The notes: generated by a model from the letters alone, not told the origin. Counted from the first letter of the stretch, positions 10,569-21,670 are shown. The stretch: 64,000 nt of DNA from Bacteroidales bacterium (GCA_963676725.1 OY781463.1:4048976-4112975); one strand, 5' to 3'. Program-made: numbers and translations.

Positions 10569-13500
10569 CTAGCCCTGCAATACTTTCAGCAAATCAAAAG
10601 CCATTTGCACATCCGTAGCTTTGGAATAAATCAGACGCAAACCACCATTCACTTCCTTCATCCGGCAGCTTTGAGAACTGCTCGGAAGCTTCTGCAATAT
10701 TGTTTGGAAAACAGCTGATTCGAAAAACGCTGGCTGGCTTCGTGTAAAATGACAGACCATTTTCTTTTGCTTTAGCACCAATTTCTCGAAACCCAGTTTT
10801 CCGGCCAGCCACCTCAATCGCAGCGTTTGAATCAATTCTTTTGCAGGCTGAGGCAAGGGACCGAAACGATCAATCAGGTTTTTCTCAAAAAGGAGAAGTT
10901 CTTCTTCTGTTTTCAGGTTATCTAATTCTTTATAAAGCACCAGCCTTTCTGTGATACTCGTCACATAATTTACCGGCAGCATAATTTCAAGATCTGTTTC
11001 CACTTGGCAATCAACTACAAAAACATCCTCTCCCTCCTCTTCATACAAGCCTTTAAATTCTGTTGTTTTCAAGTCCTGCAGGGCTTCATCCAGAATTTTC
11101 TGATACATTTCAAAGCCAATCTCGGAGATAAACCCACTTTGCTCACCGCCGAGTAAATTCCCTGCCCCTCGAATGTCGAGATCACGCATTGCGATGCTCA
11201 AGCCACCACCGAGATTAGAAAATTCCTCAATTGCTTTTAATCGTTTTCTTGCCTCTTCGGTAAGAGAGGACAATGGCGGCGAAAGCAGATAACAGAACGC
11301 CTTTTTATTAGAACGGCCAACACGCCCTCGTAATTGGTGCAAATCACTCAGCCCATGATTATACGCGTCATTAATCAGGATCGTATTGACATTTGGAATA
11401 TCCAGTCCCGATTCAATAATCGTCGTGGCCACAAGCACGTCATATTCATGATCGATGAAATCGAGCATCACCTGTTCAAGTTTTTTTCCATCCATTTGGC
11501 CATGAGCAATAGCAACCTTCACATCGGGGCAAAAGCGCTTAATCATGCCGGCCACATCAATAATGTTCTGCACGCGATTATGAACAAAAAATACCTGACC
11601 GCCACGATTCACCTCAAAAAGAATGGCATCCCTGACGATTTCCTCATTAAAAGGCCGAATCTCTGTTTGCACTGCCTGCCTATTTGGTGGCGGTGTATTA
11701 ATCACAGAAAGGTCGCGGGCTCCCATCATGCTAAACTGAAGGGTTCTGGGGATTGGCGTTGCCGTAAGTGTTAGCGTATCAACATTTAGTTTTAGGTTTC
11801 TAAGCTTTTCCTTAGCAGAAACACCAAATTTCTGTTCTTCATCAATAATTAAAAGGCCGAGATCGCTAAACTGAACGTCTTTCCCAATTAAGCGGTGTGT
11901 GCCAATAATAATGTCGATTTCCCCCTTCTTCAACTTCTCCAAGCTTTCCTTTTGTTTGGCCGAGGATTTAAAACGGTTGATATAATCAATAGTGCAGGGA
12001 AATTCTTCGAGGCGTTCAGTAAAAGTACGATAATGCTGCAAGGCCAGAATGGTTGTCGGCACAAGCACAGCAACCTGCTTACTGTCAGCTACTGCTTTAA
12101 ATGCTGCACGTATGGCCACTTCAGTTTTTCCAAAGCCCACATCTCCGCAAATCAGGCGATCCATTGGCACATCTGATTCCATGTCTTTTTTAAGAGCTGC
12201 GGTGCTTTTCTGCTGATCGGGCGTATCCTCATAAATAAAAGAAGCCTCGAGTTCATGCTGCAAATAGGTGTCTGGGGCAAAAGCAAAACCTTCACTGGCT
12301 TTTCGTTTGGCATAGAGCTTTATCAGCTCGCGGGCTATATCTTTAAGCTTTTTGCGCGTTTTATTTCGTGTTGTTGCCCAGGTTTTTGTGCCTAATTTAT
12401 TTAAAGATGGACTAGTGCCTTCCTTGCCGACATATTTCGCAATGCGGTGCAGCGAATGAATACTCACATAAAGCAAGTCTTCATTACGATAGATAAGGCG
12501 AATAACTTCTTGCCTTTTTCCATTATTTTCGATGGTTTCAAGCCCGTCAAAACGGCCTACTCCATGATCAATATGCGTTACAAAATCCCCTTTTTGAAGA
12601 TTATAAATTTCTTTTAGGCTAATACTTTCCCGAGCGCTAAAATCATCACGCAAACGAAAACGATGGTATCTGTCAAAAATCTGATGATCCGTATAACAAG
12701 CCAGTTTTACATCTGCATCAATAAAACCGGCATGCAAATCAAGGTTTAGGCTTTTGTACGGCAGGGCATCTTCGCTCATTTCTTTTTCGCGTATGTCCTC
12801 AAAAATCTGATGAATACGCTTTAACTGCCTTTGGCTTCCGGAGCATATCCAGGTATCCACACGATCCTGATAATTCTGTTTGATTGCTTCGAGGAGCATA
12901 TCAAAATTCTTATTGAAATGAGGCTGTGATTCTGTATTGAAGGCAAATTTCTTGGCCGGAAAAAAAGCTCTTTTACCCAGCTCAATAGTTTTAAAGGCAG
13001 CAATACTGTTTAAAAATCCGTCTTTTTGCACAAAAAGCTGATTCGGAGGCAAATGCGAAACCTCCCCTTCCAAATTATTAAAAAGCTGTTCTGCATTTTT
13101 ATAGGATGACGCGATGGTATCGGCACACAAATCTGTTTCATTCAACCAGAGGATTGTACGGCTTGGCAGGAAATCGAGAAAAGACTCCCGTTTTTCTTCT
13201 ACGGTACGATCTTGAATATCGGGCATTAAAGACACTTTTTTCATCATCTTTACCGATAATTGATCTGAAGGCTTAAAGCTCCGGATTGATTCTACTTCAT
13301 CGCCAAAAAACTCGATGCGATAGGGCAAATCGCTACTGAAGGAAAAAACATCGATAATACCGCCACGCAAGCTAAACTGGCCGGGGCCAATTACAAAATC
13401 AACGCGTTCAAAACCGTATTCGACCAGAACATCCAAAACAAAATCCTGACCCAAATCATCCCCCTGTCGGATGGTAAGCGTATTTTTCTTCAGGTAATTT

Positions 13501-13928
13501 TTTGTAACCACCATTTCGCCAAGCGCTTCCGGATAAGTAACAATCAAAAGATCCTTACCAATAGTACTGATTTTGTTCAGCACTTCTGCACGGAGCACGA
13601 CATTGGAATTATCGGTTTTTTCTATCTCGTATGGCTTACGATAGGTGGTAGGGAAAAACAATATCCTGCGCTGATCGAAGCTTAAGTCACTTTCGTCGAA
13701 CAAATGCTCCAAATCGTTATAGAAATATGCGGCTTCTTCCTTATCGGGCATTACAAATAAATGAATACCCCGAATTACTTTATAAATAGCTGATGCATAA
13801 ACAGCAGGAGCTGAACCACGAAGTCCGTTCAATTGAATATGTTTCTCCTCATCATTTTTAAGGATTTTTGCTATTTCCTTAATATGAGGATTTTTGTGCA
13901 CTATATCGAGTAATGGCTGATTTTCCAA
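10569..13928 (-). CDS. mfd: Transcription-repair coupling factor Mfd
   Basis: 1119 aa. It has a CarD/RID-like segment (GDFVTHIDHGVGRF) and helicase motifs GDVGFGKTEVA, DEEQKFG and LTATPIPRT. The only in-frame start is TTG at 13926-13928. Confidence 0.95.
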   Translation of the reverse strand: MENQPLLDIVHKNPHIKEIAKILKNDEEKHIQLNGLRGSAPAVYASAIYKVIRGIHLFVMPDKEEAAYFYNDLEHLFDESDLSFDQRRILFFPTTYRKPYEIEKTDNSNVVLRAEVLNKISTIGKDLLIVTYPEALGEMVVTKNYLKKNTLTIRQGDDLGQDFVLDVLVEYGFERVDFVIGPGQFSLRGGIIDVFSFSSDLPYRIEFFGDEVESIRSFKPSDQLSVKMMKKVSLMPDIQDRTVEEKRESFLDFLPSRTILWLNETDLCADTIASSYKNAEQLFNNLEGEVSHLPPNQLFVQKDGFLNSIAAFKTIELGKRAFFPAKKFAFNTESQPHFNKNFDMLLEAIKQNYQDRVDTWICSGSQRQLKRIHQIFEDIREKEMSEDALPYKSLNLDLHAGFIDADVKLACYTDHQIFDRYHRFRLRDDFSARESISLKEIYNLQKGDFVTHIDHGVGRFDGLETIENNGKRQEVIRLIYRNEDLLYVSIHSLHRIAKYVGKEGTSPSLNKLGTKTWATTRNKTRKKLKDIARELIKLYAKRKASEGFAFAPDTYLQHELEASFIYEDTPDQQKSTAALKKDMESDVPMDRLICGDVGFGKTEVAIRAAFKAVADSKQVAVLVPTTILALQHYRTFTERLEEFPCTIDYINRFKSSAKQKESLEKLKKGEIDIIIGTHRLIGKDVQFSDLGLLIIDEEQKFGVSAKEKLRNLKLNVDTLTLTATPIPRTLQFSMMGARDLSVINTPPPNRQAVQTEIRPFNEEIVRDAILFEVNRGGQVFFVHNRVQNIIDVAGMIKRFCPDVKVAIAHGQMDGKKLEQVMLDFIDHEYDVLVATTIIESGLDIPNVNTILINDAYNHGLSDLHQLRGRVGRSNKKAFCYLLSPPLSSLTEEARKRLKAIEEFSNLGGGLSIAMRDLDIRGAGNLLGGEQSGFISEIGFEMYQKILDEALQDLKTTEFKGLYEEEGEDVFVVDCQVETDLEIMLPVNYVTSITERLVLYKELDNLKTEEELLLFEKNLIDRFGPLPQPAKELIQTLRLRWLAGKLGFEKLVLKQKKMVCHFTRSQPAFFESAVFQTILQKLPSSSQSCRMKEVNGGLRLIYSKATDVQMAFDLLKVLQG

Positions 13929-13947
13929 AGCGTTTGGTTTTCTGGCA

Positions 13948-13955
13948 CAAAATTA
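13948..13955 (-). promoter_or_regulatory. -7 box TAATTTTG upstream of mfd
   Basis: Exact TAnnTTTG on the minus strand, 19 nt from the mfd start codon. Confidence 0.35.
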
Positions 13956-14006
13956 GTGAATTCAAATCAATCACTTCCGTATTGAAGTGAACAAAAGGCA
14001 TTATTG

Positions 14007-14014
14007 TATCTTTG
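14007..14014 (+). promoter_or_regulatory. -7 box TATCTTTG upstream of aspartate kinase
   Basis: Exact TAnnTTTG, 56 nt before the ATG at 14071. Confidence 0.35.
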
Positions 14015-14070
14015 TGGCACAAAGGGCCCTGAAAATTGCCCATCACACCAAACAAAAAGTACATTAAGAT

Positions 14071-15348
14071 ATGCTTGTTTATAAATTTGGAGGAGCATCC
14101 GTAAAAGATGCCGAATCGATCCGGAATATGGTTGATCTAATAGAAAACTCTGAAGAAAAACCGGATTTTATTGTTATTTCAGCTATGGGAAAAAGCACAA
14201 ATGCTTTAGAAAAAGTAGTTGCGCTATGGAAGCAAAAAGAAAAAGAAAAGGCTATTGCTGCCTTAGAAAAAATAACAGAACAGCATTTACGGGTAATTCG
14301 TGATTTATGGCCTGGCAATCATCTTATTTCAGAAAAACTAATTCTGTTAAAAGATCATGTTATCAACGCTTTAACCAAGATAAGCACGGTGCGCAGCCGC
14401 CAAAATATTTATCCACTTATTGTTTCTTTGGGCGAATTATTCAGCACGCTTATCATCCATGAATATATGGAAAGCATTGGTTTAAAGGTTGTTTGGACTG
14501 ATGCCCGCAACTTTATCAAAACAAAGGAAGACGCAGAGAACAGTCCTGTTGTTTTTTATCGCACAAAGCCTTTGCTCCAAAACCTATACAAAAAAGCACA
14601 AACAGAAGCTCCCGGCCATATGATTATTACTCAAGGGTTTATATCATCTAGCAACCATGGCAAAATAACTACTTTGGGGCGAGAAGGATCGGATTATACA
14701 GCCTCGCTTATTGCCGGACTTCTCGAAGCCGATAAGCTTGTAATCTGGAAAGATGTTCCGGGTTTTATGACTGCCGATCCGGCCAAGTATCCTGATGCTG
14801 TTGTTTTGGAAAAACTTCCCTATTCAGAAGCTGTTGAACTAGCATATTATGGTGCAAAAATCCTGCATCCCAAAACGATAAAACCTATTTATGAACAAAG
14901 GATTCCACTCTACCTAAAATCCTTTTTGCACGCCGAAGCCCCGGGAACATTAATCAGTTATTTTGATGAGGACCTTAAAATACCACCTTGCTATATCGAA
15001 AAAGGGAATCAGGTTTTATTTTCATTATCAACCAGGGATTTAAGCTTTATAAACGAGCATCATATTCGGAAAATCTATAGCCTTTTTGAAAAGCAAAAAA
15101 TAAAAATCCGATTGATGCAAAATGCTGCACTAAGTCTTTCCTTTTGTTTTGATTATGACGAAAAACGTCTTGAATTATTAACAGAAAGCCTAAAAGACAC
15201 CTATGAGGTACGCTACAATCATCCTGTTAAATTATTCAATATCAGATATTACGATAACGCATGCGAAAACAAGGTTGCTGTGGGTCATCGCATTTTACTG
15301 GAACAAAAAAGCCGAAGAAACCTGCAGCTCGTTGCCGAAGAAATATAA
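14071..15348 (+). CDS. lysC: Aspartate kinase (monofunctional)
   Basis: 425 aa. It has the amino-acid-kinase N-terminus MLVYKFGGASV, the motif TLGREGSDYTA, and a C-terminal ACT-like region. Confidence 0.9.
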   Translation: MLVYKFGGASVKDAESIRNMVDLIENSEEKPDFIVISAMGKSTNALEKVVALWKQKEKEKAIAALEKITEQHLRVIRDLWPGNHLISEKLILLKDHVINALTKISTVRSRQNIYPLIVSLGELFSTLIIHEYMESIGLKVVWTDARNFIKTKEDAENSPVVFYRTKPLLQNLYKKAQTEAPGHMIITQGFISSSNHGKITTLGREGSDYTASLIAGLLEADKLVIWKDVPGFMTADPAKYPDAVVLEKLPYSEAVELAYYGAKILHPKTIKPIYEQRIPLYLKSFLHAEAPGTLISYFDEDLKIPPCYIEKGNQVLFSLSTRDLSFINEHHIRKIYSLFEKQKIKIRLMQNAALSLSFCFDYDEKRLELLTESLKDTYEVRYNHPVKLFNIRYYDNACENKVAVGHRILLEQKSRRNLQLVAEEI

Positions 15349-15607
15349 GAGTAAAACCATCAAACAGCTTGAGAATAGGAAGCAAGCGGGACTAATGCAG
15401 GAATTTTGATTTCGGCAAACAATTTTCATCCTATAATTTGTGTGTATTGACTGCTGATGTAGCTATTGATATATTAGGTCTTGATATAGCGATGGTATAG
15501 GGATGGTTCCTGTATAAATCAAATAATAGAACAAGTACTCCCCTGTTTTTTGAGCCAAAGCCATCAAACAAATTTATTCCATATAGGATAATACATCTTT
15601 TCTGCAT

Positions 15608-15640
15608 TATAAAAAAGGGCCTTACTCAAAGCAAGACCCT
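15608..15640 (-). terminator. Rho-independent terminator of the DPP-IV operon
   Basis: The minus-strand RNA AGGGUCUUGC/GUAAGGCCCU pairs at 10 of 10 positions, two of them G-U. A U-run follows. On the plus strand the same helix has two C-A mismatches. Confidence 0.6.
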
Positions 15641-15664
15641 CTTTTTTAAAAAATTTCTGCTCAC

Positions 15665-17839
15665 TTATTTTAGGTGCAATTCCATAAAATCCGAAATTTT
15701 TTGGATTAAATGGGCACGATCTTTTCCATGCACATTATGCTCATGTCCGGGATATACAAAATAATCTACTTGCACGCCTTCTTCGATGCAGGCCTGAATA
15801 AAAGACAAGCTGTTTTGCCACACCACAACAGGGTCGCTGGTACCATGAATCACCAGAAGATCTGTTTTCAGATTCCCTGCTTTATCTGTTAAGCGTGCTG
15901 CATCATAGCCTTCCGGATTTTGCTGTGGTGTATCCATATAACGTTCACCATACATAATTTCGTAGTATTTCCAGTCGATAACAGGACCACCGGCAGAGGC
16001 TGCTTTAAAGATATCGGGATGGTTCAGCACCATGCTGATGGTCATAAAACCACCATAGCTCCAGCCATCAATACCCATACGTGTTGTGTCTACATAATCG
16101 AGGCTTTTCAGGAATTCTATGCCCTTCATTTGGTCTGACATTTCCTGTTTTCCAAGATTTCTATGGATCATACTTTCAAATTCAAAGCCCCTGTTTTGTG
16201 TTCCATGATTGTCGAGTGTAAAAACCACATAGCCTTGCTGCGCCATATAGTTTAGGTAGATCCCACCACCGGCAAGCCAAGAATCATTGACCAATTGCGA
16301 ATGAGGTCCACCATAGACATATACAAAAACAGGATATTTTTCCCCTTCCTTAAAGTTGGCAGGCTTTATTAAACGATAGTATAAATCATCACCATTATCA
16401 GCTTTCAGGCTGCCAATACTTGTTTCTCCCAAAGCATATTCGCTCAATGGATCCGGCGCAGTAAGCAGGTTTTGAACTACTTTTCCTTTGGCATCAATCA
16501 CATCAATAATGCGGGGCACATCAGTACTGCTATATGAATCAATGATATAACTGCCTTTATAGTTTACCCGTGCAGCATGGGTGCCATGTTCTTTTGAGAG
16601 CCTTAGCATCTTGCCCGAAGTAATATCCACGCAATAAATCTGTTCTTGCAGTGGGTTTCCAATGGTGGTTGTAATAAAGAGTTTCCGACCTTTGGCATCC
16701 TGCCCTGCAATTGCGGTAACAGTCCAATCCCCTTGGGTCAATTGCTTGACTAATGTCCCTTCTTGGGTATAAACATATAAATGCTGAAAACCATCGCGTT
16801 CGCTAAACCAAACAAAATCCTGATTTTTATTATTCAGGAAAAACGGGCCATGCTCCGGCTCCACATAGCGCTCATTTTTCTCCTCAAAAAGTGTATTGAC
16901 CAAAGCGCCTGTTTCGGCATCATAACGGTTTAATTTTAAATGGTTTTGATCGCGGTTGAGTACGGCAATATAGATGTATTTTGAATCGGGCGACCAGGTT
17001 ACATTCGTTATGTATTGTTCTTTTTCCTCTCCTGTTTCCAGATAAATTGTTTTTTGATTCTGAATATTATAAACGCCTAATGTCACTTCATGGCTTTTCA
17101 TTCCTGCCATTGGGTAGCGCGTCGGTTTTACTTCTGCAGCTCTTGCCGTAATATCCACAATTGGGTATTCAGTTACCATTGATTCATCCATTCTGTAGAA
17201 GGCAAGCATCTGGGCATCAGGCGACCAAAAGGTTCCTTTTTCGATGCCGAATTCGTTGCGGTGCACATCGCTATGGCCACAAACAATTCCGGGATTTGTT
17301 TCGTTGGTAATGGCAATTTCTTCTCCATCAAGGCTCAGAAAAAGATTATTCTCCTTGGTATAGGCAATTCGATAATCCTTATCAGACACATCAACATTTT
17401 CAGCTTCAGCCGGATAAAAATTTGCTTTTTCTACTGTTTTTTCATCAAAATGATACAACATAATACTGTTTTTGACTTTAAAACGCATGGTGTTTTCTTC
17501 CGGCCAATTCACAGATGCGATATAGCGCAATGTATCGAGTTCAGCTTTTTTTAGAGCAGAATTTAATTGGCTTAAAGTAATCAAGGTATCGCGTTGGGTA
17601 TTATTGGCTTTTCCGCGGAGAATGCTTTGATATTTCGAACCAACATAGGTGAAATAATCTGTTTTAGCCTGCCATTGCAAATTTGTAATACGCTCAGGAT
17701 AAAGGCTGTAATTCATATATGCAGCATCTGCAGCGGTAAATTGTTTGTCCTGGGCCTGAAGATGGAAAAGCCCTGTAAAAAGCATAGCAAACAAAAAGAG
17801 AACTAAATTTTTCATAGGATAAAATAATTTGGGGGTCAT
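15665..17839 (-). CDS. Dipeptidyl-peptidase IV family serine peptidase (S9B)
   Basis: 724 aa. It has a signal peptide, a beta-propeller N-domain, the nucleophile motif GWSYGG, and a C-terminal GTSD...PGHEH. An alternative start at 17815 (MKNLVLF) is possible. Confidence 0.9.
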   Translation of the reverse strand: MTPKLFYPMKNLVLFLFAMLFTGLFHLQAQDKQFTAADAAYMNYSLYPERITNLQWQAKTDYFTYVGSKYQSILRGKANNTQRDTLITLSQLNSALKKAELDTLRYIASVNWPEENTMRFKVKNSIMLYHFDEKTVEKANFYPAEAENVDVSDKDYRIAYTKENNLFLSLDGEEIAITNETNPGIVCGHSDVHRNEFGIEKGTFWSPDAQMLAFYRMDESMVTEYPIVDITARAAEVKPTRYPMAGMKSHEVTLGVYNIQNQKTIYLETGEEKEQYITNVTWSPDSKYIYIAVLNRDQNHLKLNRYDAETGALVNTLFEEKNERYVEPEHGPFFLNNKNQDFVWFSERDGFQHLYVYTQEGTLVKQLTQGDWTVTAIAGQDAKGRKLFITTTIGNPLQEQIYCVDITSGKMLRLSKEHGTHAARVNYKGSYIIDSYSSTDVPRIIDVIDAKGKVVQNLLTAPDPLSEYALGETSIGSLKADNGDDLYYRLIKPANFKEGEKYPVFVYVYGGPHSQLVNDSWLAGGGIYLNYMAQQGYVVFTLDNHGTQNRGFEFESMIHRNLGKQEMSDQMKGIEFLKSLDYVDTTRMGIDGWSYGGFMTISMVLNHPDIFKAASAGGPVIDWKYYEIMYGERYMDTPQQNPEGYDAARLTDKAGNLKTDLLVIHGTSDPVVVWQNSLSFIQACIEEGVQVDYFVYPGHEHNVHGKDRAHLIQKISDFMELHLK

Positions 17840-18813
17840 TAATAATTTCGTTGGACTAATTTATTGGCAAAAGCCTTCAGCACATTTTTCCGTTCATCAT
17901 CGACCTGAAGCATATCCAGTTCGAGCAATGCTTCTTTGTGGTATTTTTTCATTTCGTTTTGGGTTGCGATTCCGGCTTTCGAACGGTCAAATATTTGCCT
18001 GACAGACTGTATTTTCTCCTCCTTTTTAAAATCCTTGCCGCTATAAAACTCAATAAGCTTATTCTGATCGTCGCTATTGGCAAGTTTCAGGGCAGTAAGA
18101 TAAAGGAAGGTTTTTTTATTGGTTGCAATATCGTTTCCAGGGCGTTTTCCGAAGGTTTTTTCATCGCCATAGGTATCAAGATAATCATCCATCAGCTGAA
18201 ACGCCAGACCCGTATTAATGCCAAATCGGTACAAATGTTCGCAGGCATCTTCATCGGCACCGGCCATCATTGCACCTATTTTGAGGGCTGCTGCCAATAA
18301 TACGGCTGTTTTCAGTCGAATCATTTCAATATACTCTTCAACAGTAACCTCCTTTGCCTGTTCAAAATCCATATCGTACTGCTGACCTTCGCAGACCTCA
18401 ACAACAGTTTTATTAAACAACTGCATTATATGAATAATATGTGGGGATTTTGCCTTAAGAAAATACTCGTATGCGAGGGCAAACATCACATCCCCCGAAA
18501 GAATTGCTGTATTTATATTCCACTTACGGTATACGGTTTCGCGGCCACGGCGCACCGGCGATTCATCAAGAATATCGTCGTGCACCAATGTGAAGTTATG
18601 GAATATTTCGAGCCCGGCAGCGGTATGAAGGCTTTCATGAATGTTTCCCGAGAAAAGGTCACAAGCAGCAAGCATCAGCACGGGGCGAATCCGTTTTCCG
18701 CCCTGCTGCATCGTGTACAAAATTGGTTCATAGAGAGTCTCAGGAGTTTGCAAAAGAGGCTGATTGCTTAAATGCTCCTGAAATATATTGCTTAGTTCAT
18801 CCAGTGTATACAT
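17839..18813 (-). CDS. Polyprenyl diphosphate synthase
   Basis: 324 aa with two DDxxD motifs (LVHDDILDE, LMDDYLD). Confidence 0.9.
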   Translation of the reverse strand: MYTLDELSNIFQEHLSNQPLLQTPETLYEPILYTMQQGGKRIRPVLMLAACDLFSGNIHESLHTAAGLEIFHNFTLVHDDILDESPVRRGRETVYRKWNINTAILSGDVMFALAYEYFLKAKSPHIIHIMQLFNKTVVEVCEGQQYDMDFEQAKEVTVEEYIEMIRLKTAVLLAAALKIGAMMAGADEDACEHLYRFGINTGLAFQLMDDYLDTYGDEKTFGKRPGNDIATNKKTFLYLTALKLANSDDQNKLIEFYSGKDFKKEEKIQSVRQIFDRSKAGIATQNEMKKYHKEALLELDMLQVDDERKNVLKAFANKLVQRNY

Positions 18814-18871
18814 ACTGCGAAATTAAAAAATATCGCAATGCGCACGGCTGTTTTGCTACTGAATTAAGAAA

Positions 18872-19894
18872 CTAGTTTTCTGAAAAAGCAATGCTTTTCA
18901 TCATGGCTTCCAATTGACGCAGATAAACGCCTTTCTTATTATTGGGATTATACACGAATCCCTCGATGGTTACAAACATCTGAGTGCGCTCATTAACAAA
19001 CGAATAGCTTAAAAAGGGACCCCCCATAAAGTCTCCTTCAAGCGCCCAAAGCCCTGATGTTTCCACTGCATAACCATCAATAAAAGAGCCTGTTGCGGTA
19101 AAAACCGGGGGAATTACATCAACGGATGTAATCATATAACTGCTATCGGTTGGTCCGGGAACATATTTTTTACATACAGAATCGCGCATAGCAATAATCC
19201 GCTCCGGAGTAAAGGAAAGGGTATCTTTATAAGGATACTGATAAATAAGCAGGCCAACGATCAAATCTTGTTTGGCTTTCGTAATAGATTGACGCAAATA
19301 AGCATGGTTTCTATCCTCATTCACCACCTGAAATCCGGCAGGAATAATCAGACTAAAGCCAAATTTTTTCGCAAGATTATTCGAAAGTGTTAAATCCTGT
19401 CCCAATTTCATAGTTTTTTGGGTTCGTTCTATTTCAAGTTCATCAAATAGCTGAAGGAAAGACTCCTTATACTCATTAAATAGGAGGAAGAACTCCTCTT
19501 CATTTTTGGCATTAATTTTTACGACCCGCTGCGGAATGGCCCATAAATTTTTCTTGGTTTCTATAAATGATTTTGGAAGGTCTGCATCTATATTGGCAAT
19601 AAAAACATTATGGTGCTTTTTAAGCAATTTAGTGGATTCGAATTGTTTCACATTTGTAAAAGCGATGGTAAACATAGGTTCCGGTTGTGGCAATCCTTCG
19701 CGGATACTTCCAAAGAACTGAGTAATCGTATCTCCAATCAATCCGCGCCACATGACATCGGTATTGGTTACGGCCATAATTTCATTCGTTTTCCCTCCGG
19801 AATGTTTGGAACCCTTACCCGATTTACTCAGGTTACAGGACGTTAGAACAAAGAGGGCTAGAATCAACGTTAGTAAAAAAGATTTCTGCTTCAT
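18872..19894 (-). CDS. Conserved lipoprotein of unknown function (possibly DUF4837-like)
   Basis: 340 aa with a signal peptide and lipobox (LFVLTSC). The family name is from memory only. Confidence 0.55.
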   Translation of the reverse strand: MKQKSFLLTLILALFVLTSCNLSKSGKGSKHSGGKTNEIMAVTNTDVMWRGLIGDTITQFFGSIREGLPQPEPMFTIAFTNVKQFESTKLLKKHHNVFIANIDADLPKSFIETKKNLWAIPQRVVKINAKNEEEFFLLFNEYKESFLQLFDELEIERTQKTMKLGQDLTLSNNLAKKFGFSLIIPAGFQVVNEDRNHAYLRQSITKAKQDLIVGLLIYQYPYKDTLSFTPERIIAMRDSVCKKYVPGPTDSSYMITSVDVIPPVFTATGSFIDGYAVETSGLWALEGDFMGGPFLSYSFVNERTQMFVTIEGFVYNPNNKKGVYLRQLEAMMKSIAFSEN

Positions 19895-19909
19895 AAGAAT
19901 CCGCTTTTT

Positions 19910-21646
19910 TTAGGTTTGAGGTATTGCGATTTTTATTATTTGTCCGGGCTTCAGCCTTTTCGACTTTGTTAACTTATTTAATGCGATTAATTCCTCGACA
20001 CTTACGCCGTTATATTGGTTTGCAATATCCCATAAAGTATCCCCTTTTTTCACTTTATAGGAAACAATCTCATGACCTTTTTTTAAGAGGTCAACAGAAG
20101 GGTCGCGAACGATTAATCTTTGACCTTCCCTGATAGTATTTCCCTTAAGGCCATTCCATTGTTTTAATTCTTCTACACCAATACCATTTCGGGATGCGAT
20201 GAGGCTTAAGGACTCTCCCTGACTTACAATATGCGTGCCAGAATCCGACTTTTTCGTATGTTTTGATGAGGTCTTTTTTGTGCTTCCTTTTTTATCCCAA
20301 TATCCCGGAGACGGAAATACTACTAATTTTTGCCCGGGATAAATGCGTGAATTCTTTTTATTGTTCCATTTCTTTAAGCTGTTCACAGAGACATGATATT
20401 TTCGCGCAATAAGTCCGAGGTTTTCACCACTTTTCACAATATGCACCTGTCTTTCCTGCGCTTTTTTAATATCCGCCAATATCTTTTCGCGCTTTATGCC
20501 ACTTTTTGTTTTATAGGCATAAATCGCTTCTTCATTATTCACAAAGCTGCCAATTTTTTCTCTGGGCAAACGCAGAACATACATTTTTTTTGCGCTGGCC
20601 GGGATAATATCATTGCGATAGGCCGGATTAAGCACCCTCAGGATATCGATAGGCACATCCAAAACCCCGGCGACTTGTTCGAGATGCAATGCATCGTGGA
20701 CAAAAATCGTATCTGTTTCATAATAAACAATTTGCGGCTTTATTGGATAGATATTATGATCCTGATAGTGGTTCATCACATAGTTTACGGCAATAAAAGC
20801 AGGAACATATCCTCTGGTTTCTCGTGGCAAATACGGCCAAACTGCCCAATAATTTTTGGTTCCACCTGCCCGACGGATTGCCTTGTTTACATTTCCCGCC
20901 CCACTATTATAAGCAGCAAGCGCTAAAGACCATTCTCCATAAATTTCGTATAAATCAAGTAGATGCCTGCAGGCTGCATCCGTTGCTTTTATTGGATCGT
21001 TTCGATCGTCTACAAGGCTATTCACTTTCAAGCCATACATTTTGCCCGTATAATACATAAACTGCCACAATCCCTTTGCGCCAGCCCGACTACGAGCTTT
21101 TGGGTTTAAAGCCGACTCCACCACTGCAAGGTATTTAATTTCCAGCGGCATATTGTATTTGTCGAGTGTTTCTTCAAAAAGAGGAAAATACAACTCGGCC
21201 AGCCCAAGCATTTTTCCGGTAAGCTGTTTGCGCCTTTTGGTATATAAATCAATAAAATTATCAACAACCTTATTATAGGTCAGCTCAATAGGTGTTTGGG
21301 CATTTAAAGCTTCTATGCGTGCATTAATCACAGAATCTGATACTTCAGGGGTTTCTTCGGGAGCGAATGCATGAATATTCAGGATATTGGTATCTGTTTC
21401 AAGCGTATCGAAACGATAAACCAAATTAAGGGCAAGACTATCGAGCATTGCAAGCAAAGGGGAATCATTTTTCATGATAAACCCATCATCAAGGGTGTCA
21501 AAACGAAACTGAGCAAATTCCAATTGCTTAATTTTATCTTCCCGCGCCTGATTATCAACACTCAGGGTATCTGCAAGCGTTGCACTATTCATAAAAGCAA
21601 TCAGGCAGAATATCAAAAAACTATTTTTCATCATATAAATCTTCAA
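19910..21646 (-). CDS. Lytic murein transglycosylase with three C-terminal LysM repeats (MltD-like)
   Basis: 578 aa. The SLT core is AVVESALNPKARSRAGAKGLWQF...AYNSG. The LysM repeats begin at HIVKSGENL, HIVSQGESL and YKVKKGDTL. Confidence 0.85.
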   Translation of the reverse strand: MKIYMMKNSFLIFCLIAFMNSATLADTLSVDNQAREDKIKQLEFAQFRFDTLDDGFIMKNDSPLLAMLDSLALNLVYRFDTLETDTNILNIHAFAPEETPEVSDSVINARIEALNAQTPIELTYNKVVDNFIDLYTKRRKQLTGKMLGLAELYFPLFEETLDKYNMPLEIKYLAVVESALNPKARSRAGAKGLWQFMYYTGKMYGLKVNSLVDDRNDPIKATDAACRHLLDLYEIYGEWSLALAAYNSGAGNVNKAIRRAGGTKNYWAVWPYLPRETRGYVPAFIAVNYVMNHYQDHNIYPIKPQIVYYETDTIFVHDALHLEQVAGVLDVPIDILRVLNPAYRNDIIPASAKKMYVLRLPREKIGSFVNNEEAIYAYKTKSGIKREKILADIKKAQERQVHIVKSGENLGLIARKYHVSVNSLKKWNNKKNSRIYPGQKLVVFPSPGYWDKKGSTKKTSSKHTKKSDSGTHIVSQGESLSLIASRNGIGVEELKQWNGLKGNTIREGQRLIVRDPSVDLLKKGHEIVSYKVKKGDTLWDIANQYNGVSVEELIALNKLTKSKRLKPGQIIKIAIPQT

Positions 21647-21670
21647 AAGAGTAAGAAAACAAATCTATCG

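Noticed and set aside
14015-14070. Possible lysine riboswitch upstream of aspartate kinase.
   Set aside because: Only about 50 nt separate the -7 box from the ATG, far too short for a lysine riboswitch. No extended helices are visible.
20393-20926. Long antisense ORFs inside confident genes. Examples are 20393-20926 (177 aa), 11334-11774 (146 aa), 41829-42242 (137 aa), 32744-33124 (126 aa), 17938-18300 and 18430-18771.
   Set aside because: Each lies entirely opposite a gene with clear family motifs. Their translations are low-complexity, rich in Ile/Phe/Lys or Cys/Arg, with no recognisable motif. They are shadow ORFs expected in AT-rich DNA.
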